Positions 22,401 to 32,255 of a stretch of DNA of 64,000 nt are shown here, in pieces. The position numbers and the translations under genes were made by a program. The notes beneath the pieces are model-generated. The model saw nothing but the letters and a program-made list of their open reading frames with translations. It did not search any database and was not told where the DNA came from. The first letter of the stretch is position 1. Every line of letters begins with the position of its first letter. The stretch comes from Candidatus Parcubacteria bacterium (GTDB lineage: Bacteria; Patescibacteriota; Minisyncoccia; UBA6257; HR35), in assembly GCA_026004495.1 (NCBI GenBank), contig BPJG01000001.1:432527-496526 (forward strand). Direction: 5' to 3'.

Positions 22401-22590
22401 AACTAAAAATAATGAAGTGATGGTTTATCTAAATGTTGAAGATCAAACTGATAATATTGAGGTTGTTGTTTTTCCTAATACCTACAAAGAAACAAATATT
22501 TTATGGTCAGAAAATAAAATAATTTCAATTATTGGCGAATATCGTGGTCAGAATAAATTAATAGCTGAAAAAATTAATGAAATTAGATAA
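19474..22590 (+). CDS. dnaE: DNA polymerase III alpha subunit
   Basis: PHP domain 'FTHLHVHTHYSLLDG'; 'PGRGSAAGSLVSYLLGITEIDP'; 'FPDIDVDF'; 'GLLKLDLLGLRTL'; OB-fold C-terminus. Length 1038 aa. Confidence 0.95.
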   Translation: MKFTHLHVHTHYSLLDGLAKIDNLVKRANELGYDSLAITDHGNLYGIIEFYKICKKNNIKPIIGVEAYLAQRRITDRVPKLDSKSYHLTLLAKNYQGYKNLIKLITLAHLEGFYYKPRIDKEILRQHSEGLIILSGCLNGEIPKLILNNRYQEAKNTVFEYLDIVGKDNFYLEIQKHPNIPDSLKVYKALIKLSEETKVPLVATQDVHYVYKEDRDIHDIFLAIQTGKDIEEKDRLTIKDDFFHLSSQEEIFELFKDLPEAIENTQKIVAYCNLEIEMNKIHSPVYHIPNGLTPDEYLKKITLAKLIEKNKKNKEYEDRLNYELEVIKKTGFASYFLIVQDFVNWAKDNNIKVGPGRGSAAGSLVSYLLGITEIDPIKYDLIFERFLTPERINFPDIDVDFSDIKRNKIIEYLKNRYGQDKVAQILTFGKMGSRAAIRDAGRALGLPYSFCDKIAKLISHQDTIDEALEREDLLKIYQGDQQAKKLLDIAKKLEGTVRHVSVHASGVIITPLNLTEYLPLQYAPQENSIITQYDMYTIEELGLLKLDLLGLRTLSEIETALDLIKQRRNIEVNLDSEKLDDQNVYEIYRHGDTVGVFQVESKGMTDYLTKLKPNNINDINAMIALYRPGPIELIPTYIKRKNKQEPITYLHNSLEPILKETYGIAVYQEQLMKIAQILANFSLREADVLRKAIGKKIPHLLEEQKTKMIQGMINNGIDKETAEKIWSWYEPFARYGFNKSHSIAYSIISYQTAYLKRYFIIEFLTSLFIHEGSDIERIKDLFEDCKKHNIKVLPPDINESYEDFTIIDNNTIRFGLASIKNVGKKLTHEIIEERNKNGPYKTFSNFLNRTKNSKDLNRKSLESLIKVGVFDSLIKRDLIYYNLDTIIEFVNKIKNFTYTGNRLFGGESELILNNKKEISIFERLKWEKELLGVYISGHPLNLIKNNNHNKIIDIKKYKENIKVRILGIINSIKRIITKNNEVMVYLNVEDQTDNIEVVVFPNTYKETNILWSENKIISIIGEYRGQNKLIAEKINEIR

Positions 22591-23143
22591 AAAAAGATTG
22601 TTTATAGCCCTACCTCTTACTTCAGGTGTTTATCCTAAAATTAAAAAATTAGAAAAAGAAATTGATAAGAAAATTAAAACTAATTGGATTCCACTTAATA
22701 ATTTACATTTAACTTTAATATTTTTAGGTTTAATCGATTTAAATTATTTACATAAAATTATTAAAATTTTTGAACAGACTATTATAGAAAATAATGATTT
22801 TTTTAAATTGAGTTATTTAAAAATAAGCAAAATAGATTATGGTCCTCCAGGTAAAAAAAGAATGATTTGGTTGTATATTAACAAAAATGATAAATTAATA
22901 AAAATGAAAAAAATTTTGGAGACTAATTTAATAAAAAATGAAATAAAATTTCAGAAAGAAAATAGGGAATTTTTGCCACATATTAATTTAGCCAGAATTA
23001 AAGAAAATGAAAACTTACCCTTAATTGAAAAAGAATTAAAATGGGAAATTGCGTTTAATAAGATTTGTCTTTATGAAAGTTATTTAGATAAACCCTTTGC
23101 TCGTTATGAGATTTTATCTTCAGTTAGGCTTTTATCTTCTTGA
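22577..23143 (+). CDS. thpR: RNA 2',3'-cyclic phosphodiesterase (2H family, LigT/ThpR-like)
   Basis: Two HxT/S-like motifs, 'NLHLTLIFLG' and 'LPHINLARI', spaced as in the 2H phosphoesterase fold. Ends with TGA. Confidence 0.65.
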   Translation: MKLDKKRLFIALPLTSGVYPKIKKLEKEIDKKIKTNWIPLNNLHLTLIFLGLIDLNYLHKIIKIFEQTIIENNDFFKLSYLKISKIDYGPPGKKRMIWLYINKNDKLIKMKKILETNLIKNEIKFQKENREFLPHINLARIKENENLPLIEKELKWEIAFNKICLYESYLDKPFARYEILSSVRLLSS

Positions 23144-23484
23144 ATTAAAGAATTATCTGTTTTTTCTTCTTTGATATTTTTTAATTGGTTAATATTTTTT
23201 TCTGCCCATAATTGCCATCTTAAAAAATGAATTTTTGATATTTGAAATAATTTTATTAATAAATTAATAAAAAATTCAATAATCCAATTATAAAAATTAG
23301 ATACTTGCCAGTTTATTCTAATTTTTTTTTCTAAATGATATAACTTTAAATAATCTTTAGGCAAAATTTTAATTTTTTTTATTTTTAAATTGAGATAAGT
23401 AATAACTAATAATAATATTAAAAGAGCTACTAGAGGTGAAAGATAATAGAAAATATTATTAAAAAAGATTAATTGGCTAATCAT
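23104..23484 (-). CDS. Hypothetical membrane protein
   Basis: Two predicted TM segments ('YLSPLVALLILLLVITYL', 'IIEFFINLLIKLF'). No recognisable domain. Confidence 0.35.
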   Translation of the reverse strand: MISQLIFFNNIFYYLSPLVALLILLLVITYLNLKIKKIKILPKDYLKLYHLEKKIRINWQVSNFYNWIIEFFINLLIKLFQISKIHFLRWQLWAEKNINQLKNIKEEKTDNSLIQEDKSLTEDKIS

Positions 23485-24067
23485 TAATACTTAAACGAAT
23501 AAATCTTTTAATTTCTATTTTCTCACCAAATTTATTAACTGCTTGATGGATTAAATCTTTTATTTTTAAATTTTCATCTTTAAAATAAAACTGATCCATT
23601 AAGCATACCTCTTCATACCATTTTTGTAGCTTGTTTTCTATTATTTTATTTTTTATTTCTTGTGGCTTATCTTTAAATTCTTCTTCAAATTCTCTTATTT
23701 TGTCATTTATTATTTCTTCAGGTATTTTATCTGAAGATAAATATTTTGGATTCATGGTAGCTATTTGGATGGCTATTTCATGAGCTAATTTTTTAAATTC
23801 ATCACTTCTAGCAACAAAGTCAGTTTGGCATCTTAAATCAATTAGAGAAGCAACTCGGCCATTAAAATGAATATAACCTTCAATTATCCCATTATTACTG
23901 AGATTATCACTTTTTTTATTAATTAAATATTCTCCCTTTTTGATAATATATTTTTTAGCTAATTCTAAATCACCATTACTTTGTTCAAGTGCCTCTTTGC
24001 ATAAATTAATAGGAGCCGAAGTTTCTTCTCTTATTTTTTTTATTTTTTCTATTAATTCTTTATCCAT
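23477..24067 (-). CDS. tsf: Translation elongation factor Ts (short form)
   Basis: UBA-like N-terminus 'IKKIREETSAPINLCKEALEQSNGDLELAKKYI'; 'GRVASLIDLRCQTDFVARS'. It sits downstream of rpsB, the canonical rpsB-tsf pair. Confidence 0.9.
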   Translation of the reverse strand: MDKELIEKIKKIREETSAPINLCKEALEQSNGDLELAKKYIIKKGEYLINKKSDNLSNNGIIEGYIHFNGRVASLIDLRCQTDFVARSDEFKKLAHEIAIQIATMNPKYLSSDKIPEEIINDKIREFEEEFKDKPQEIKNKIIENKLQKWYEEVCLMDQFYFKDENLKIKDLIHQAVNKFGEKIEIKRFIRLSIND

Positions 24068-24073
24068 TTTTAT

Positions 24074-24784
24074 TTATTTTTTAATTAAATTAATTAATGA
24101 AGAAATTATAAAGTTTATACTTTTAGGAGCTTTATCATTGGCAGGTATAAAAGAAAAAATTTTGCTAATATCATTATCAGATCCTGCTAAAGCTATAATA
24201 GGAATATTTTTTTTGATTGCTTCACGATAAGCTGTTTTATGGTTTTTAAAATTTAAATCTACTATAAATATATAATCAGGAAGGCTATTTAGATTTAGTA
24301 AGCCATAATATATTTTTTTCATTTTTTCTAATTCTTTTTTAATTTTTTGTCTCTCATAAGTAGGCAATTCTTCTAATTCTTTTGTTTCTTCTTTTTTTAA
24401 TAATTCTTTAAAGTAAGTTAGTCTCTTATAAATAGTTTCAAAGTTAGTTAATAATCCACCAGTCCATTTATAATTTATATAAGGCATATTAAATTTCTGA
24501 GCTATATCTTTAATTGCCTTTTCTGAACTAGGCTTGGTTCCAACAAATAAAATAATTTTATTTTCTGTAATTATTTTTTTAATTGAATTAGCGACTTCAT
24601 TTAATTTTTCAACTGTTTTTTTTAAATTAAAAAATTCAATATTACTATTTTTTGACCTTAATAAATATTTTTTCATTGAAGGATGTGTAAATCTCTTAGC
24701 TCTACCATAATGACAACCGTTTTCTAAAAAATCTTTATATTTTTTATTTTCTTGTTTATTATTATTTTCTTGATTATTTGTCAT
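24074..24784 (-). CDS. rpsB: 30S ribosomal protein S2
   Basis: 'FLENGCHYGRAKRFTHPSMKKYL'; '...IPIIALAGSDNDIS' matches S2. Confidence 0.9.
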   Translation of the reverse strand: MTNNQENNNKQENKKYKDFLENGCHYGRAKRFTHPSMKKYLLRSKNSNIEFFNLKKTVEKLNEVANSIKKIITENKIILFVGTKPSSEKAIKDIAQKFNMPYINYKWTGGLLTNFETIYKRLTYFKELLKKEETKELEELPTYERQKIKKELEKMKKIYYGLLNLNSLPDYIFIVDLNFKNHKTAYREAIKKNIPIIALAGSDNDISKIFSFIPANDKAPKSINFIISSLINLIKK

Positions 24785-24855
24785 TTTAATATTATAATTT
24801 AAATATTAATTTTACTAATTTCTTAATTTTAGTAATTTTAAACCATTTTTAAAAA

Positions 24856-25053
24856 ATGAAAAATAATATTCATCCTAAATATTTTAAGGCAATTGTTAAA
24901 TGTTCCTGCGGTCAATCTTATGAAGTTTATTCTACCCTTAAAGAAATTACTGTTGAAATGTGTAAAAATTGCTCTCCAATATTTATTGGTACAGAAGAAA
25001 AAAGAGTTGTTACTGGACAAGTAGAAAAGTTTAGAAAAAAATATAAAAAATAA
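24856..25053 (+). CDS. rpmE: 50S ribosomal protein L31 (Zn-ribbon type)
   Basis: 'MKNNIHPKYF' N-terminus; 'CSCG...CKNCSP' Cys pairs. Confidence 0.85.
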   Translation: MKNNIHPKYFKAIVKCSCGQSYEVYSTLKEITVEMCKNCSPIFIGTEEKRVVTGQVEKFRKKYKK

Positions 25054-25087
25054 TTACTAAATAACATTTTAACCAATAAAGAATAAA

Positions 25088-25840
25088 ATGCAAATAGATG
25101 AAATTAATAATTTTGATATTAACAGCGTTATTCTTGAAATTAGACCAGGGGTTGGCGGTGAAGAAGCTTCTTTATTTGCCAGAGATCTATGGCGAATGTA
25201 TTTTAAATTCTTTGAAAAAAATAATTTTAGGGTAATTGTTTATGATGAAGAAAAGACAAATTTAGGTGGTTTAAAAAATTTAATAGCTGAAGTAAGGGGA
25301 AATAATATTTATAATCTATTAAAAAACGAAGCGGGAGTTCATAGAGTTCAACGTATTCCTATAACCGAAAAGGGAGGCAGAATCCATACTTCTACTGCTT
25401 CGGTTGCAATTTTACCTAAATTTAATATAAAAACCGGAGAAATTAAGGAAAGTGATTTAGAGATAGAATTTTATCGTGCCTCAGGACCTGGCGGTCAAAA
25501 TGTAAATAAAGTAGAAACAGCAGTAAGAATTCTTCACAAACCAACAGGTATTATAGTTAATTGTCAATCAGAAAGAACTCAGCAAAGAAATAAAGAAATT
25601 GCTCTTCAGATACTAAAATCAAAATTATGGCAAAAAGAACAGGAACAAATTTATAATAAAATAACAAGCGAAAGAAAAAAACAAATAGGACATCAAGATC
25701 GTTCAGAGAAAATTAGAACCTATAATTTTGTTCAAAATAGAATAACTGACCATCGTTTATCTAAAAGTTGGTACAATTTGGATAATATTTTAGAAGGCAA
25801 TTTAGATCCAATTATAAAGAGTTTTCAAAAAGATTTTTAA
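25088..25840 (+). CDS. prfA: Peptide chain release factor 1 lacking the N-terminal domain 1
   Basis: '[25 protein letters not shown]' is the PxT (RF1-type) anticodon motif. '[26 protein letters not shown]' is the GGQ motif. The protein begins at the start of domain 2 ('[23 protein letters not shown]'). At 250 aa it is about 110 residues shorter than canonical RF1. Confidence 0.85.
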   Translation: MQIDEINNFDINSVILEIRPGVGGEEASLFARDLWRMYFKFFEKNNFRVIVYDEEKTNLGGLKNLIAEVRGNNIYNLLKNEAGVHRVQRIPITEKGGRIHTSTASVAILPKFNIKTGEIKESDLEIEFYRASGPGGQNVNKVETAVRILHKPTGIIVNCQSERTQQRNKEIALQILKSKLWQKEQEQIYNKITSERKKQIGHQDRSEKIRTYNFVQNRITDHRLSKSWYNLDNILEGNLDPIIKSFQKDF

Positions 25841-26004
25841 AAAATTATACCTTAGAAAAATTTTTAATATTTAATTTTAATGGGAGAAAAAGAAAAAATA
25901 CTTTTAATAATCTACTATATTATTGCCATATTTTTTTTATGGCTATTTACTAATCCTGATTTTTGGAATATTATTCTGAAAACAATATTTAAAAAAATTT
26001 AAAA

Positions 26005-26919
26005 ATGATTTATCAGTCAATTATATTGGGAATTTCAGCTGCGGGTATTAGTGCTGGTATATATCTTAAAAGAAGGGGTGTAAATTTTATTATGATTGGA
26101 AGGGATATAGGAGGCGAATTATCTCTTTCGGGTATAGTAGAAAATTACCCTGGATTTCTAAAAATAAATGGGTTAGAATTAGCCAAAAAATTTAAACAAC
26201 ACTTAGATTATTATAAAATTAGTTATTTTTTAGAAACAGTTGAAGGCATTGAAAAAATTAATCATATTTTTAAAGTAAAAACTAATAAAAATTATTATGA
26301 GTCAAAATCAATTATTATTGCTACCGGAACCCAACCCAAAAAACTTAATATCCCAGGAGAAAAAAAATTCTATCATAAAGGATTAAGTTATTGTAGTGTT
26401 TGTGATTTGCCGTTATTTAAAAATAGAATTGTAGCTATTGTTGGTGGTGGTAATTCAGCCCTCGAAGCAGGTTTAATGGCTAGCGATATTTGTAAGATGG
26501 CTTATATAATAAATAAAAATCCTAAATTTAAAGGAGATGATATTTTAATTAATGAATTGAATAAAAAGAATAATGTAAAAATAATCTACAATTCTTTAAC
26601 AAAGGAAATTTATGGAGATAAATTTGTTAAGGGATTAAAATATTTAAATACAGAAAATAATAAATTAGAAGAATTAAATATTGATGGTGTTTTTATCCAT
26701 ATCGGCTTAAAACCAAATAGTGAATTTATTCCCAATTCTTGGGAAATAAAAAATAATTTTGGCGAGATTGTTATTAATGAATTGGGAGAAACTAAAATTA
26801 ATGGTTGTTTTGCTGCTGGCGATGTAACTAATATTCCTTACAAACAAATTGGAATTGCAGTTGGTCAAGGAATTATTGCTGCTCTTTCAAATATTAAATT
26901 TTTAAATAATAGTTCTTAA
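26005..26919 (+). CDS. trxB: Thioredoxin reductase-like flavoprotein disulfide oxidoreductase
   Basis: Redox-active 'CSVCD' CxxC; NAD(P)-binding 'IVAIVGGGNSALEAG'; C-terminal 'GCFAAGDVT'. The N-terminal FAD motif is degenerate. Confidence 0.65.
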   Translation: MIYQSIILGISAAGISAGIYLKRRGVNFIMIGRDIGGELSLSGIVENYPGFLKINGLELAKKFKQHLDYYKISYFLETVEGIEKINHIFKVKTNKNYYESKSIIIATGTQPKKLNIPGEKKFYHKGLSYCSVCDLPLFKNRIVAIVGGGNSALEAGLMASDICKMAYIINKNPKFKGDDILINELNKKNNVKIIYNSLTKEIYGDKFVKGLKYLNTENNKLEELNIDGVFIHIGLKPNSEFIPNSWEIKNNFGEIVINELGETKINGCFAAGDVTNIPYKQIGIAVGQGIIAALSNIKFLNNSS

Positions 26920-26932
26920 GGGTTAATAATTT

Positions 26933-28495
26933 TTACCAATTAAATTTCTTTATTAAGCTAACTCCTTCCATTTCTTGAGGTATAGGCAAATTTAAGATTT
27001 CTAAGATAGTAGGCGCTATATCTATTAGAGTTCCAATTATTTCCTTTTCTTTTCTTTTAAGATCGTAATTTTTATTTTCTAAATATAAATTTTTATTTAC
27101 TAGATAAAAAGGAACGGGGTTAATATTATGACTAGTTTCTGCCTCACCTGTTTGGATATCAATCATTTGTTCTAAATTTCCATGGTCACTAGTAATTATT
27201 AGAAAATAATCTTTTTCAATTATCTTTTCATAAACTTTTCTTAAATAAAAATCAATTTTTTCTACCACCTGAATTGCTAAGTTAATATTTCCAGTATGAG
27301 CAACTATATCAGGAGCGGCATAATTAACAGCGATAAAATCATAAATATTTTCATTAATAGCATTAATTAAAATATTAGTAATTTCTTCAGAATTAATCAA
27401 GGGGTTTTCAAATATTGATTTTTGAGAAGATGGCAAAATTTTCCAAAATTCATTAGGATGAGGATCTTTAAATAAACCATTGAAATAGTAAGTTAAATGA
27501 TAAGCCTTAACTTTTTCAGCTATTTTTAATTGAGTTAAATTATTTTCTGAAATAACCTTTGAAAGAGAAGTAGTTATTTTATCTTTTTCAAATGCTACCA
27601 AATAATCAATATCTTCAAAATATTTTACCATTGAAGCAATTAAAATATTTTTTTTAATTGGCCTAGGAAAAAAAGAAAACTCTGGATCGATAAAGGCTCG
27701 GCTTAATTGGTATATTCCATCTTCTCGAAAATTAAAGAAGAAAATAGCATCATTATCTTTAACGATTCCATTTTCGTCGATAACTAAAGGTTCTAAATTT
27801 TCATCATTAAAATCACTGTTTGTTATATATATATTGCTCAAATATTTAATCGGGTCATCAATTTTTTTACCTTTACCTTCATTAATTAAATAAAAGGCAA
27901 CTTCAGTTTTTATTTGCCAATATTCATTTTTATCCATTCCATAAGTCCTACCACATAAAGTTGCTATTTTGCCAACTTTTTTAGCTTGCATTTCATGTAA
28001 CAATCTTTTTAATAAATCTACTCCAGATTTAGGTTGACTATCTCTGCCATCTAAAAATAAATGTAGGTAAACACGATTGAAATTATTTCGTGAACAAAAT
28101 TCTAATAAGGCAACTAGATGTTCAAAGGCAGCATGAATAATGCCCGAAGTCAATAAACCGATAAAATGAAGATTGCTTGAAAACTTGTTGCAATATTCAA
28201 TGAGTAATTTTAATGTTTTATTTTCAAAAAAACTTTCATTTTTGATACTTAATGTTATTTTGGGATAACTTTGATAATAAACCCTACCCGTTCCCATTGT
28301 TAAATGTCCTACTTCACTATTGCCTTCTTCTTCCCAAGGTAATCCTACTGCGATACCTGAGGCTTGAAGAAGAGAATAGGGATAATGATTTTGCAAATAA
28401 ACTAAAAAATCTTTTTTGGCTATATGAATAGGATTAGAAAAGTTTTCTTTTCCTACGCCCCAGCCATCTAAAATTATTAAAGCAATCTTACGCAT
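26933..28495 (-). CDS. gpmI: 2,3-bisphosphoglycerate-independent phosphoglycerate mutase
   Basis: 'IALIILDGWG' N-terminus; 'GNSEVGHLTMGTGRVYYQ'; 'TSDHGN' metal-binding block. Length 520 aa. Confidence 0.9.
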   Translation of the reverse strand: MRKIALIILDGWGVGKENFSNPIHIAKKDFLVYLQNHYPYSLLQASGIAVGLPWEEEGNSEVGHLTMGTGRVYYQSYPKITLSIKNESFFENKTLKLLIEYCNKFSSNLHFIGLLTSGIIHAAFEHLVALLEFCSRNNFNRVYLHLFLDGRDSQPKSGVDLLKRLLHEMQAKKVGKIATLCGRTYGMDKNEYWQIKTEVAFYLINEGKGKKIDDPIKYLSNIYITNSDFNDENLEPLVIDENGIVKDNDAIFFFNFREDGIYQLSRAFIDPEFSFFPRPIKKNILIASMVKYFEDIDYLVAFEKDKITTSLSKVISENNLTQLKIAEKVKAYHLTYYFNGLFKDPHPNEFWKILPSSQKSIFENPLINSEEITNILINAINENIYDFIAVNYAAPDIVAHTGNINLAIQVVEKIDFYLRKVYEKIIEKDYFLIITSDHGNLEQMIDIQTGEAETSHNINPVPFYLVNKNLYLENKNYDLKRKEKEIIGTLIDIAPTILEILNLPIPQEMEGVSLIKKFNW

Positions 28496-28640
28496 AAATA
28501 AATAAAAAATAATTACAAATATATTTTTAAAATTTTTAACTTTTGTGTTATAATTTTTTTATTTATCATAATATAAATTTTATTTATTACTATATAAACC
28601 TCAAAAATGAAGGCCGTAATTTCTAAAAAAAATTATATAA

Positions 28641-30167
28641 ATGAATATATATATTACCCTCGAAAAAATAATTATTTTTATTATTGGGTTACTTTTAGGT
28701 TTTTTAATAAGATATATTTTAGCATATTTTCGCGCTAGTTTTTTAGAGTCTCAACTTAAACAAAAAATTGATGATTTAAAGAAAAGGGAAAAAGAGATAA
28801 TTTTAGAAGCTGAAAAAAAATCATTAGAAATTTTGGAAAATACAAGATTGGAAAGGGAAAATATTCTAAAAGATTTGAGGACTAGAGAGGAAAGAATTGC
28901 AAATAGAGAAAATATTTTAGATATTAAAGAAAGAGAATTAAATGAAGAAAAGATAACTCTAAAAAATAAAATTTCTGAGTTAGAAATCAAAGAGCAAGAA
29001 CTTAAAAAAACTCGAGATTTTTATGAAAAACAGTTAGAAGAGTTAAGTGGTTTTTCTAAAGAAGAAGCTTTAAATTTATTATTTAATAAAATAGAAAAAG
29101 ATAATGAACAAATATTAGTTCAAAGAATTAGTAAGCTTTTAAGATATCAAAAAGAAGAAATAGAGCAGAAAGCAAATGAAATTATTATTAGTAACTTACC
29201 CAGGTATAGTCGTTCGGTAGCAAATGAAATTAACTTAAGTATTGTTTCTTTGCCGAGTGGGGAGATGAAAGGTAGAATAATAGGTAAAGAGGGTAGAAAT
29301 ATACGTTATTTTGAAAAATTAAGTGGAGTTCAAATAATTATTGATGAGACACCAGAAATAGTAACAATTTCTTCCTTTGATCCTATTCGAAGAGAAATTG
29401 CTAAAATTGCACTAGAAAGATTAATTCAAGATGGCAGAATAAATCCTTCATCAATTGAAGAAGCTTTAATTTTTGCCAAGGAAAAAATTGAAGAAGATAT
29501 CAAAAATTCGGGCAAAAATGCTGCTTTAGAATTGGGGATTTTAGATTTACCTGAAGAAATTATTTATCTTATGGGAAAATTAAAATTTAGATATAGCTAT
29601 GGCCAAAATGTTCTGCAGCATTCAATTGAGGTAGGCTTTTTTTCTCGGATGATTGCTGATGAGCTTAAATTAAATTCAGAAATCGCTAAAAAAGCTGGCT
29701 TTTTGCATGATATTGGTAAATCTGTGAGCCATGAGATAGAAGGTTCACACCTTGAAATTGGTATTAAAATTTTAGAGAAATATAATATAGATGAAAAAAT
29801 AATTTTAGCTATGAAATCGCATCATGAAACTTATCCCTTTTTAATTCCTGAAGCTTATGTAGTTTTAGCAGCTGATGTGATTTCAGCTAAAAGATTAGGG
29901 GCTCGCTCTGAAACTCTAGAAGCTTATCTTCAAAGATTAGAAAATCTTGAAAAAATTGCTTTAAGCTTTGAAGGTGTGGATAAGGCTTATTCTATAAGTG
30001 GCGGTAGAGAAGTTTGGATTTTTGTTAAGCCTTCGGAAATTAGCGATTTAGAAATGATAAAATTAGCCCAAAATATAGCAAAAAAAATTGAAGAAGATTT
30101 AAGATACCCTGGTGAAATAAAGGTTGTCGTTATCAGAGAAAATAGGGCAATAGAATATGCGAGATAA
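28641..30167 (+). CDS. rny: Ribonuclease Y
   Basis: N-terminal TM segment plus coiled coil; KH domain 'GRIIGKEGRNIRYFEKLSGV'; HD domain 'HSIEVG...FLHDIGK'. Confidence 0.9.
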   Translation: MNIYITLEKIIIFIIGLLLGFLIRYILAYFRASFLESQLKQKIDDLKKREKEIILEAEKKSLEILENTRLERENILKDLRTREERIANRENILDIKERELNEEKITLKNKISELEIKEQELKKTRDFYEKQLEELSGFSKEEALNLLFNKIEKDNEQILVQRISKLLRYQKEEIEQKANEIIISNLPRYSRSVANEINLSIVSLPSGEMKGRIIGKEGRNIRYFEKLSGVQIIIDETPEIVTISSFDPIRREIAKIALERLIQDGRINPSSIEEALIFAKEKIEEDIKNSGKNAALELGILDLPEEIIYLMGKLKFRYSYGQNVLQHSIEVGFFSRMIADELKLNSEIAKKAGFLHDIGKSVSHEIEGSHLEIGIKILEKYNIDEKIILAMKSHHETYPFLIPEAYVVLAADVISAKRLGARSETLEAYLQRLENLEKIALSFEGVDKAYSISGGREVWIFVKPSEISDLEMIKLAQNIAKKIEEDLRYPGEIKVVVIRENRAIEYAR

Positions 30168-30242
30168 AATTTTAATTTTAATTGATTTGAGTTATAATAA
30201 ATAAATTTAACAGGTCGAATTAATGTTATTAAAATAATATCA

Positions 30243-30527
30243 ATGCAAAATACTATTAAAAGAGAAGTTTTAGCTCAAAAAATATCAGATAAATTTGATA
30301 TACCTAAAAAAACATCAGTCGAAATATTAAATTATTTTGTTGAATTAGTTGCTAGTAATTTAAAAAGCGGCAACAAAATAAAATTACCAGGTTTAGGGAC
30401 TTTTAAGGTTAGAGAAAGAAAGGCAAGAACAGCTATTAACCCTAAGACGGGAGAAAAAATAACTGTTCCTGCTACTAAAGTTCCTAAATTTACACCAGCT
30501 AAAGAGTTAAAAGCTTTATTCAAATAA
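30243..30527 (+). CDS. hup: DNA-binding protein HU
   Basis: 'LPGLGTFKVRERKARTAINPKTGEKITVPATKVPKFTPAKELK' is the HU/IHF arm. Confidence 0.9.
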   Translation: MQNTIKREVLAQKISDKFDIPKKTSVEILNYFVELVASNLKSGNKIKLPGLGTFKVRERKARTAINPKTGEKITVPATKVPKFTPAKELKALFK

Positions 30528-30741
30528 ATTCCAAGTTATAAAATAAAATCATTAATTAAAAAGATTTAAGGTTAAACCAATATGTTGAGGAAGATAAATA
30601 AGAAATTATTTCTATTTATTATAATAATTTTGGTAATCTTGAGTATGGTTTTTAGTTCCTTTATATTTATCTTTAGGTAAGTTTTTAGATTTTAATTATT
30701 TTATCATTTTAGATAATATTTAGATAATAAATTTTTTACGG

Positions 30742-31308
30742 ATGGCTGGGATAAAAAATGACAGATGGATAAAATATATGGCTAGAAAGCATAAAATTAT
30801 TGAGCCTTTTGTTGAAAAGCTGGTTAAAAAAGGAAAGGTTTCTTATGGTCTTTCGAGTTATGGTTATGATATGAGAGTTGCTGATGAGTTTTATATTTTT
30901 CACAATGCTTATCCAACTGAAATTATTGATCCTAAAAATGCTAAAGAAAATTATTTTATTAAACATAAAGGTAAATTTTGTATAATTCCTCCTAATTCAT
31001 TTGTTTTAGCTCGTTCTTTAGAATATTTTCGTATTCCCAGAAATGTTATAGCAATTGTTTTAGGTAAATCAACCTATGCTCGTTGCGGAATTATTGTTAA
31101 TGTAACTCCCTTAGAAAGTGAATGGCAGGGCTATGTAACGATAGAAATTTCTAACACAACACCATTGCCAGCAAAAATTTATGCTAATGAAGGGATTGCT
31201 CAAGTTATTTTTTTAGAAGCTGATGAACCTTGTAAAATTTCTTATGCTGACCGTAATGGTAAATATCAAGGACAAAAGGGAATTGTTTTACCAAAAATTG
31301 ATAAATGA
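30742..31308 (+). CDS. dcd: dCTP deaminase
   Basis: 'NDRWI...IIEPF' N-terminus; '[33 protein letters not shown]' catalytic block. TTG start; ends with TGA inside an ATGA overlap with the next ORF. Confidence 0.85.
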   Translation: MAGIKNDRWIKYMARKHKIIEPFVEKLVKKGKVSYGLSSYGYDMRVADEFYIFHNAYPTEIIDPKNAKENYFIKHKGKFCIIPPNSFVLARSLEYFRIPRNVIAIVLGKSTYARCGIIVNVTPLESEWQGYVTIEISNTTPLPAKIYANEGIAQVIFLEADEPCKISYADRNGKYQGQKGIVLPKIDK

Positions 31309-31724
31309 TTATTAAAAAATTGAATCAAAATCAATTTATATTAAGAATTGAACCAAATGAAGAATTATTTAGTTCTTTATTAAAATTTGCTGAAGAATAT
31401 AAAATCAAGTCAGGATTTTTTTATGGTATTGGCGCAAGTAAAAAATGTTCAATTGGAAGATATAATGAGAAGAAAAAAGATTATGATTGGTTTGAGATTA
31501 AAAAACAAATGGAAATTGGAAGCTTAATTGGCAATTTAACCTTAAAAGAAAATCATCATTATTTACATATTCACGCAACTTTAGGCGATAAAAATCTAAA
31601 AGCAATCTCAGGGCATTTGAAAAAAATTATAGTTTTTCCAACTTGTGAAATTATATTTTTTGAGTTTAAAAATAGAGTTAAAAGAGAATTTAATGAAATA
31701 ACTAACTTATATTTGATAAATTAG
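31305..31724 (+). CDS. Hypothetical protein (PPC/DUF296-like fold suggested)
   Basis: 139-aa ORF overlapping the dcd stop. No diagnostic motif; the domain guess is weak. Confidence 0.3.
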   Translation: MIIKKLNQNQFILRIEPNEELFSSLLKFAEEYKIKSGFFYGIGASKKCSIGRYNEKKKDYDWFEIKKQMEIGSLIGNLTLKENHHYLHIHATLGDKNLKAISGHLKKIIVFPTCEIIFFEFKNRVKREFNEITNLYLIN

Positions 31725-31725
31725 A

Positions 31726-32163
31726 ATGTTTAAGTTAATAGATGAAACAATAATTAAATTTTTAAAAAAAATTTGGCAACCCTTATCCAAGATTTCTCTT
31801 TTTATTGTTTTCTTTTATTTTGGTTTTCTAAAAGTTTTAGGACTTAGTCCAGCAACTCCTTTAGTTGAAGCTTTGTTTCAAAAAACTTTAAATTTCTTTC
31901 CTTTTAGTTATTTTATTATTTTTTTTGGTTTATTTGAGATGCTTATTGGCTTAGCTTTCATTATTCCTCATTTAGAAAGACTAGCAATTTTTCTTTTAAT
32001 TATTCATATGATAACAACTTTTATGCCTTTAATTTTACTTCCTCAAATAAGTTGGCAAAAATTTTTAGTTCCAACCCTAGAAGGGCAATATATTATTAAA
32101 AATCTGGTTATAATTTCTTTAGCTTTTGTTATTGGCGCCCATCTTAGGATATTTAAATCTTAA
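31726..32163 (+). CDS. Hypothetical small membrane protein (DoxX-like, 4 TM)
   Basis: Four hydrophobic helices, e.g. 'ISLFIVFFYFGFLKVLGL' and 'FIIFFGLFEMLIGLAFIIPHL'. Confidence 0.4.
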   Translation: MFKLIDETIIKFLKKIWQPLSKISLFIVFFYFGFLKVLGLSPATPLVEALFQKTLNFFPFSYFIIFFGLFEMLIGLAFIIPHLERLAIFLLIIHMITTFMPLILLPQISWQKFLVPTLEGQYIIKNLVIISLAFVIGAHLRIFKS

Positions 32164-32255
32164 TAAATTTAATATTAATATATTTTGCTTAATTATTTTT
32201 ATAAATTATTATATATTTTAAAACCATAATTTTCACATTAAAAAATATCCTAAAA

